This document shows, one piece after another, positions 57,762 to 64,000 of a stretch of DNA of 64,000 bases; within the stretch, counting starts at the first letter, position 1; each line of letters opens with the position of its first letter. Origin of the DNA: an uncultured Planctomycetota bacterium (GTDB lineage Bacteria; Planctomycetota; Planctomycetia; Isosphaerales; Isosphaeraceae); the NCBI GenBank assembly GCA_963823665.1, contig CAWGMQ010000006.1:352001-416000 (forward strand), given 5' to 3'. Made by a program: the position numbers and the translations under genes. The notes under the pieces were generated by a model. The model made no database searches and was not told the origin of the DNA. It saw only the letters and a program-made list of their open reading frames with translations.

Positions 57762-57940
57762 AACGCAACATTGTGTTCACGAATAAAACGCAAATTCACA
57801 CCGGGCCAAACCAGGTGGATTGGCAGTCGTCGTGCTTGGTATATTATTGATGGACTTCTTGTCCGACGCGCGAAGTGTAAGGGTCGTAAGGGTCTGAGCG
57901 GAGAGACCGATGTCACGTCGGCTAACATTTAGGTATAGTA

Positions 57941-59224
57941 ATGAGTGGACTAATCGCGATCTTTCTGATCTTGGTGAATATTGTTCTCTTTCCCTATTTT
58001 CTCTTCCTTCTCGTAGTGTCGATCGCGGCGCTCGTGCCGCGCCGGAGGTCGACGTTCGCATTGCCGCCGAGCTCGCGGTTTCTGGTGGTGATTCCGGCTC
58101 ACGATGAGGAGCCGGTGATTCAGAAGGCCGTGGCGAGCTGTCTGGAAATTGAATACCCGCGGTCACTTTTTAACGTGTTGGTGATTGCGGACAACTGCAC
58201 GGACGGTACGGCCGCGTTGGCCCGAAGCGCGGGAGCGAGGGTCTTCGAGCGTTTTGACGAGCTCAAGAAGAGTAAAGGGCACGCGATCGACGATCTGATC
58301 GTTCGCCTGGAACGGAACGACGAGCTCGAAACGATTGATGCGCTCGTGATCGTGGATGCGGACACATTCGTTTCGTCTCGCTTGCTGGCCGCTTTCAATG
58401 ACCATCTGCGATCGGGCCACGATTGGGTTCAAGCTTATTATACTGTTGCCAACCCGGATGAGTCGTGGCGGACGCAGCTCATGCGGTATGCATTCAGTCT
58501 TTTTAACGGAATCATGCCGCTGGGCAAGAGTCGCCTGGGACTGGGGTCGCAGTTGAAGGGTAACGGGATGTGCTTTTCCGTGGCGGGATTGAGGCGAGTT
58601 CCGTGGCATTCTCATGGGCTGGTCGAGGATCTGGAGTACGCCTGGAATCTGCGGATTGAAGGCGAGCAGGTTGTGTTCGAGCCGGACGTGGCGGTTTACG
58701 GGGCGATGCTGGCGCACGGTGGAGAGGCGACTGCAAACCAGCGCCGCAGGTGGGAATTCGGCCGGCGCGAAGTTCGCAACAAGTACATCATGCCGATTTT
58801 GCGCTCGCGAAAACTCAATGCCCGGGGGAAAATCCTGGCAATCTGTGACCTCACGCTTCCTTCGCTCTCCGTGCTTGCGGCTCTGTACGTCGGCGTTGCG
58901 GTTCTCGATGTGCTCTATCTGGCGGGATCGCTCGCCGCGCCAGTAGCAATTGCTTCCCCGATCTTGATCGCCTGGCTCGGATTCACGACGCTTGCCCTTG
59001 CGCTTTATGCGATCTCGCCTTTTGTTGCGATGCACCTACCGTGGCGATATGCCTTCTCGGTCTTTGCCTTTCCGCTTTACATGTGCTGGAAGTTAAAGAT
59101 TTCAATCGGCGGCAGGCCCGATCGATGGGTGCGCACGCCTCGCGAATCATCCAATGATTCGCACGACCGCCTGGTCGAGTCAAATAGCCATCTGGATGGG
59201 TTCGTACCCGGCGCGAATCCGTGA
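57941..59224 (+). CDS. GT2 glycosyltransferase (paralog of the upstream gene)
   Basis: IPAHDEE, ADNCTD, VDADT, ED, QRRRW. Confidence 0.92.
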   Translation: MSGLIAIFLILVNIVLFPYFLFLLVVSIAALVPRRRSTFALPPSSRFLVVIPAHDEEPVIQKAVASCLEIEYPRSLFNVLVIADNCTDGTAALARSAGARVFERFDELKKSKGHAIDDLIVRLERNDELETIDALVIVDADTFVSSRLLAAFNDHLRSGHDWVQAYYTVANPDESWRTQLMRYAFSLFNGIMPLGKSRLGLGSQLKGNGMCFSVAGLRRVPWHSHGLVEDLEYAWNLRIEGEQVVFEPDVAVYGAMLAHGGEATANQRRRWEFGRREVRNKYIMPILRSRKLNARGKILAICDLTLPSLSVLAALYVGVAVLDVLYLAGSLAAPVAIASPILIAWLGFTTLALALYAISPFVAMHLPWRYAFSVFAFPLYMCWKLKISIGGRPDRWVRTPRESSNDSHDRLVESNSHLDGFVPGANP

Positions 59225-59405
59225 GCGAGACCGACACAGGACATGCCTGGAGGGCGGGCTCGCATTTTGAACCCCGGACGGCTCCGGGGCATGTCGACGG
59301 CGTTGACTACGAATTTCGTCGGCAATCTGTTAAATTGGTCGCTTTCCAAGCGTGCCGGCTCACGGCTCGCGATTTTGGTTTCACCGAGATTGAAGGAGGT
59401 TTGTT

Positions 59406-60408
<1,003 letters not shown>

Positions 60409-60422
60409 TTGGAGGGAGCCCC

Positions 60423-61613
60423 GTGGCCAAACGAACCGTCCGCGACCTGGAGGTATCCGGTCGCAAAGTGCTCGTCCGCGTTGACTTCAATGTGCCGCAA
60501 ACGCCCGATGGGGGCGTCGCGGACGACCGCCGGATCAAGAGTGCTCTCCCCACGCTGAATGACGTCCTCGGTCGCGGCGGCAGTTTGATCCTGGTCAGTC
60601 ACCTGGGGCGTCCGAGTGGTGATCCGGTAGCGGACCAGCCATTCCGGATGGACTGCGTGGCCGAGCGGCTGGCGGAGTTGATCGGACGGTCGGTGATGAA
60701 GGTCGATGACACGGTCGGACCGCTCGCCGCCCTGGCCTGCGAAAACCTGGCTGCCGGCGAGATCGTCGTGCTGGAGAACGTGCGGTTCAATCCGGGCGAG
60801 AAGAAGGGCGACGTCGGATTCGCCAAGAAGCTGGCCGGGCTGGCGGATTGCTACGTGAACGACGCGTTCGGTACGTGCCATCGCGACGAAGCCTCGATGG
60901 TGGCCGTTCCCGAACAGTTCCCGCGCGACCGGCGGGCGATCGGGTTTCTCGTCGAGAAAGAGCTGCGAATTCTGGAAACGCTGCTGGCCTCGCCCAAGCA
61001 CCCGTATGTCGCGGTGATGGGCGGCGCCAAGGTATCGGACAAGATTACCGTCATCGAGAACCTGGGCAAGCGCGTCGACAAGCTTTTGATCGGCGGGGCG
61101 ATGACGTACACATTTTTGAAAGCGATGGGAACCCCGGTTGGCAAGAGCAAGGTGGAAGCCGACAAGCTGGACGTTGCCAGGGGACTGCTGGATCTGTTGC
61201 GCGACAAACTTGTCTTGCCCAAGGACCACCTGGTCGCGACGAAGCCGGAGGCCGGGGCAGAGACGAAAGTGGTGGTGGCGGCGGGAATCCCGGACGGCTG
61301 GTTCGGGATGGACATCGGGCCTGCGACGATTGCGGAGTATAGCTCGCTCATCAAGGGAGCCGGCACCGTGGTGTGGAACGGGCCGATGGGTATGTTCGAG
61401 GTCGAGTTATTTGCCGCGGGGACCAGAGCGATCGCGCAGGCGCTTGCCGATTCGAAGGGAGTGACGGCCGTCGGCGGGGGCGAGTCGGCCGAGGCCGTCG
61501 AGAAATTTGGGCTGGCGGAGCGTGTATCGCACGTGTCGACCGGCGGCGGTGCGTTCCTCGAGTCGCTCGAGGGCAAGTCGTTCAACTCGTTGCGAGTGAT
61601 CCCCGATGCCTGA
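60423..61613 (+). CDS. pgk: Phosphoglycerate kinase
   Basis: RVDFNVP, SHLGRP, LENVRF, GGAKVSDK, WNGPMG, HVSTGGGA. Confidence 0.97.
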   Translation: MAKRTVRDLEVSGRKVLVRVDFNVPQTPDGGVADDRRIKSALPTLNDVLGRGGSLILVSHLGRPSGDPVADQPFRMDCVAERLAELIGRSVMKVDDTVGPLAALACENLAAGEIVVLENVRFNPGEKKGDVGFAKKLAGLADCYVNDAFGTCHRDEASMVAVPEQFPRDRRAIGFLVEKELRILETLLASPKHPYVAVMGGAKVSDKITVIENLGKRVDKLLIGGAMTYTFLKAMGTPVGKSKVEADKLDVARGLLDLLRDKLVLPKDHLVATKPEAGAETKVVVAAGIPDGWFGMDIGPATIAEYSSLIKGAGTVVWNGPMGMFEVELFAAGTRAIAQALADSKGVTAVGGGESAEAVEKFGLAERVSHVSTGGGAFLESLEGKSFNSLRVIPDA

Positions 61614-61622
61614 CCCTTACAG

Positions 61623-61976
61623 TCAGTATCGCGCCTCCGGCGGCGCCCCGACGATAATCTGCTTGAACTCGCCGTAGATTCCGACGGGAACGCCGACGAA
61701 CGTTGCGGCGGCCGCTTTCACGACCTTGTTGTCGCCGGAGGTTTCCCAGTAGTCGCGGGGCTTCGAGAACAGCGGATGACGGTCGACGACCGTGGTGGTC
61801 TTGACCGGCGCGACGCTGTGCGTGCCGTCAGCGACGGTTGTATCGCTCTCAACGGCACCGGAGAGGCTGGGCTCTGGAGAAACAACCGTTCGGGGGCGTC
61901 CCACGCCCTGACAACCGGCAGAAACAGCAAAGGCCACGAGGAGCGCCGCGATGGCTCTTCCGCGATATCCACGCAT
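61623..61976 (-). CDS. Hypothetical lipoprotein
   Basis: Signal with SAGC lipobox. Confidence 0.7.
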   Translation of the reverse strand: MRGYRGRAIAALLVAFAVSAGCQGVGRPRTVVSPEPSLSGAVESDTTVADGTHSVAPVKTTTVVDRHPLFSKPRDYWETSGDNKVVKAAAATFVGVPVGIYGEFKQIIVGAPPEARY

Positions 61977-62085
61977 GGTTCGCACGAGCCTCCTGATTGG
62001 AATTGCGCGTGTACAAATCGACCGCCGGCACCATGCCCGGTCGTGCTATTCAAACATACGCGATGAAGTGGCGAAGGATCGGTGA

Positions 62086-62649
62086 TTACCGCCGCGCGGG
62101 AAGTCCGAACGTGACGCACCAATAGCGCTTGCCATTCTCGCCGGTCGCGCAAGCCACGCCGATCTGGGAAAAACTGCCGAGGATGTTCTTTTTGTGGTGC
62201 GGGCTATCCATCCAACCTTTCATCAGGCCTTCGACCGTGAAGTACCCCGCCGCGACGTTCTCGCCGGCGCGGCGGTATTTGTATCCCGTGGCGACGATTC
62301 GCTGGATCGAGCTGGATCCGTCGCTTCCCTTGTGGGTCATCTTACCCTTTGATGCCATGTCCTTGGCGTGCATCTCGGCCGCGGCTTGCAACCTGGTGCT
62401 TACCTCGAGCGGCGGAAGCTTGGCTTCGGCACGCAGGCGGTTGTGAGCTTTGATGATGTCTTCGCAGGCGGCCTTGGCGTCAAATTCCTTCGCCTTCCGG
62501 GATGGAGTCGCGTCCTGGAAGTCGCTCGTCCGCGAAACGCCGCCGGCCCGAATGGCCGCCGGGCCGCAGCCGCAAAGCGTGGTTGTCGCCAGAGCGACCA
62601 GGACGATTTCACGTGCGAACGACCTGTGCTTTGGTCGGAGAGAGGTCAT
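62086..62649 (-). CDS. CAP (SCP) domain lipoprotein
   Basis: HNRLR, HAKDM, GENVAAG, WMDSPHHKKNIL, YWCVTFG. Confidence 0.9.
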   Translation of the reverse strand: MTSLRPKHRSFAREIVLVALATTTLCGCGPAAIRAGGVSRTSDFQDATPSRKAKEFDAKAACEDIIKAHNRLRAEAKLPPLEVSTRLQAAAEMHAKDMASKGKMTHKGSDGSSSIQRIVATGYKYRRAGENVAAGYFTVEGLMKGWMDSPHHKKNILGSFSQIGVACATGENGKRYWCVTFGLPARR

Positions 62650-62961
62650 CGCCGCTCCGGAAAGTATGGCGGGCGAGGCATTGTGCTCCACCATTTATAA
62701 TCTTCGGTCAAAGTTCGTGCCAGGCAAGAGCGAGGCGGCAGAGCGGCTCTCCTCTTGCGCGCTTGAGCCGTTGTCGTCGGGTTGATCGGGCTGAAATGCC
62801 GAGTGCCGGCACACCAATCTGGCAATTGCGTGTGGGATTCAAGAACATGGAGGCGATCAAGAACGTCCAGGACGGAGATGGGGCGTTTTTGCGCGGCTGG
62901 CAAACTGCCCGACGCGGTCTGTGCGCGTCGAGCAATCCTCTTCCAAACAGCGAGGTATCAC

Positions 62962-63702
62962 ATGAAGCGGTTTCTGGGTGCAGCTCTAGCGGCGGTTCTC
63001 TTTGTCATTCCCGCCCGCGGTGACGAGAAGGACGCGAACGCGATCGTTGATAAGGCGATCACCGCCTTGGGCGGCGCGGAGAAGCTTGGCAAGGTGGACG
63101 CGTTCTCGTGGAAAGGCAAGGGCACGATCACGTTCAATGGTAACGAGAACGATTTCACGAGTCAGGTGACGATAAAGGGTCTCGAGCAATACCGCCGGGA
63201 GAGTGGCAACGACCAGTTCAGCGTTGTCGTGGTTGTCGACGGTGCCAAGGGCTGGCGCAAGTTCGGCGACAATTCGAGCGAACTGGAAGGCGATGGTCTG
63301 GCGAATGAGAAACGCATGCTCTATCTGAACGTGATTCCTGTCACGATGGTGGCACTCAAAGGCAAGGGATTCAAGTACGAGACTGCCGGTGAGGAAAAGG
63401 TCGGCGACAAGCCGGCCGTCATCTTGAAGGTGACCGGACCGGATGGGAAGGACTTCACGCTCTCGTTAGACAAGGAGAGCGGATTGCCCGTGAAGCTGGT
63501 TGCGAAAAACATGCTCGGCTTCCAGCAAGGCCAAGAGTACACTTCGGAGACGACCTTCGCCAACTACAAGGACTTCGATGGGATCAAGAAAGCGACCAAG
63601 GTCGAGGTGAAGCGCGACGGTGAGGCGTTCCAGAACTGGGAGATCAGCGAGTTCAAAGTGCTCGACAAAGTGGATGCGGCAACGTTCACCGAGCCGAAGT
63701 GA
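62962..63702 (+). CDS. Secreted hypothetical beta-rich protein
   Basis: Signal peptide; AIVDKAITALGGAEKL; LDKESGLPVK; GAGG RBS. Confidence 0.8.
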   Translation: MKRFLGAALAAVLFVIPARGDEKDANAIVDKAITALGGAEKLGKVDAFSWKGKGTITFNGNENDFTSQVTIKGLEQYRRESGNDQFSVVVVVDGAKGWRKFGDNSSELEGDGLANEKRMLYLNVIPVTMVALKGKGFKYETAGEEKVGDKPAVILKVTGPDGKDFTLSLDKESGLPVKLVAKNMLGFQQGQEYTSETTFANYKDFDGIKKATKVEVKRDGEAFQNWEISEFKVLDKVDAATFTEPK

Positions 63703-63771
63703 GGTGAGAATCGAGCATGGCCGCCCCACGGGGCGGGTATGCATTCTCGATCAACTCGGGTGAGGAGCGCG

Positions 63772-64000
63772 ATGGCGAGCGAATTCGGAGCCGGATGCGA
63801 GTTCATCGCGCTCGATCTCGAGACGACCGGATTGTGGGCTGCCGCGGACCGGATCGTCGAGATTGCGGCTGTGCGTTTTCGCGAGAGCGGTGAGGTGATT
63901 GACACGTTCCAGTCGCTCGTCAATCCAGAACGGCTGAACTCGCCCGGTGCGTATGCAGTTCATGGAATCACCGATCAGGAACTGGCTCAGGCCCCGCGAG
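63772..64000 (+). CDS. DnaQ-like DEDDh 3'-5' exonuclease (runs off window end)
   Basis: FIALDLETTG...RIVEIAAV...LVNPER...VHGITD; GAGGAG RBS. Not in the ORF track. Confidence 0.88.
   Translation, partial: MASEFGAGCEFIALDLETTGLWAAADRIVEIAAVRFRESGEVIDTFQSLVNPERLNSPGAYAVHGITDQELAQAPR

Overview
This is a GC-rich bacterial window, most likely from a planctomycete of the Isosphaeraceae type. That inference rests on the TIGR02999-like ECF sigma/Ser-Thr kinase pair, a PVC-type CxxCH heme protein and Planctomycete-style REP motifs. About 1-50 kb is a mosaic accessory region. It holds two ECF-kinase modules, a ynbABCD-like lipid operon, a BON gene behind a structured leader, a GntR-ABC-acyltransferase unit, ggt, an S1/P1 nuclease, an SMI1/KNR4-HEAT protein, an S9 peptidase, an LRR protein, an oxidoreductase/esterase/heme-protein cluster and many gene remnants. 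It also carries four tRNA fragments resembling att scars, three pairs of dispersed direct repeats, a 230-bp element with perfect 35-bp inverted ends around a structured core, and a 6x69-bp hairpin tandem array in front of a large 'NAIKHG'-motif hypothetical gene. From about 50.4 kb the window looks like core genome: a SAM-I riboswitch-led operon (threonine-synthase-like enzyme, sulfur carrier, E1, STAS, cysteine desulfurase), a polysaccharide deacetylase, two GT2s, gap, pgk and a DnaQ-like exonuclease. Many single-base frameshifts, including one in gap, are probably sequencing or assembly indels. All assignments come from reading motifs by eye; no searches were run.
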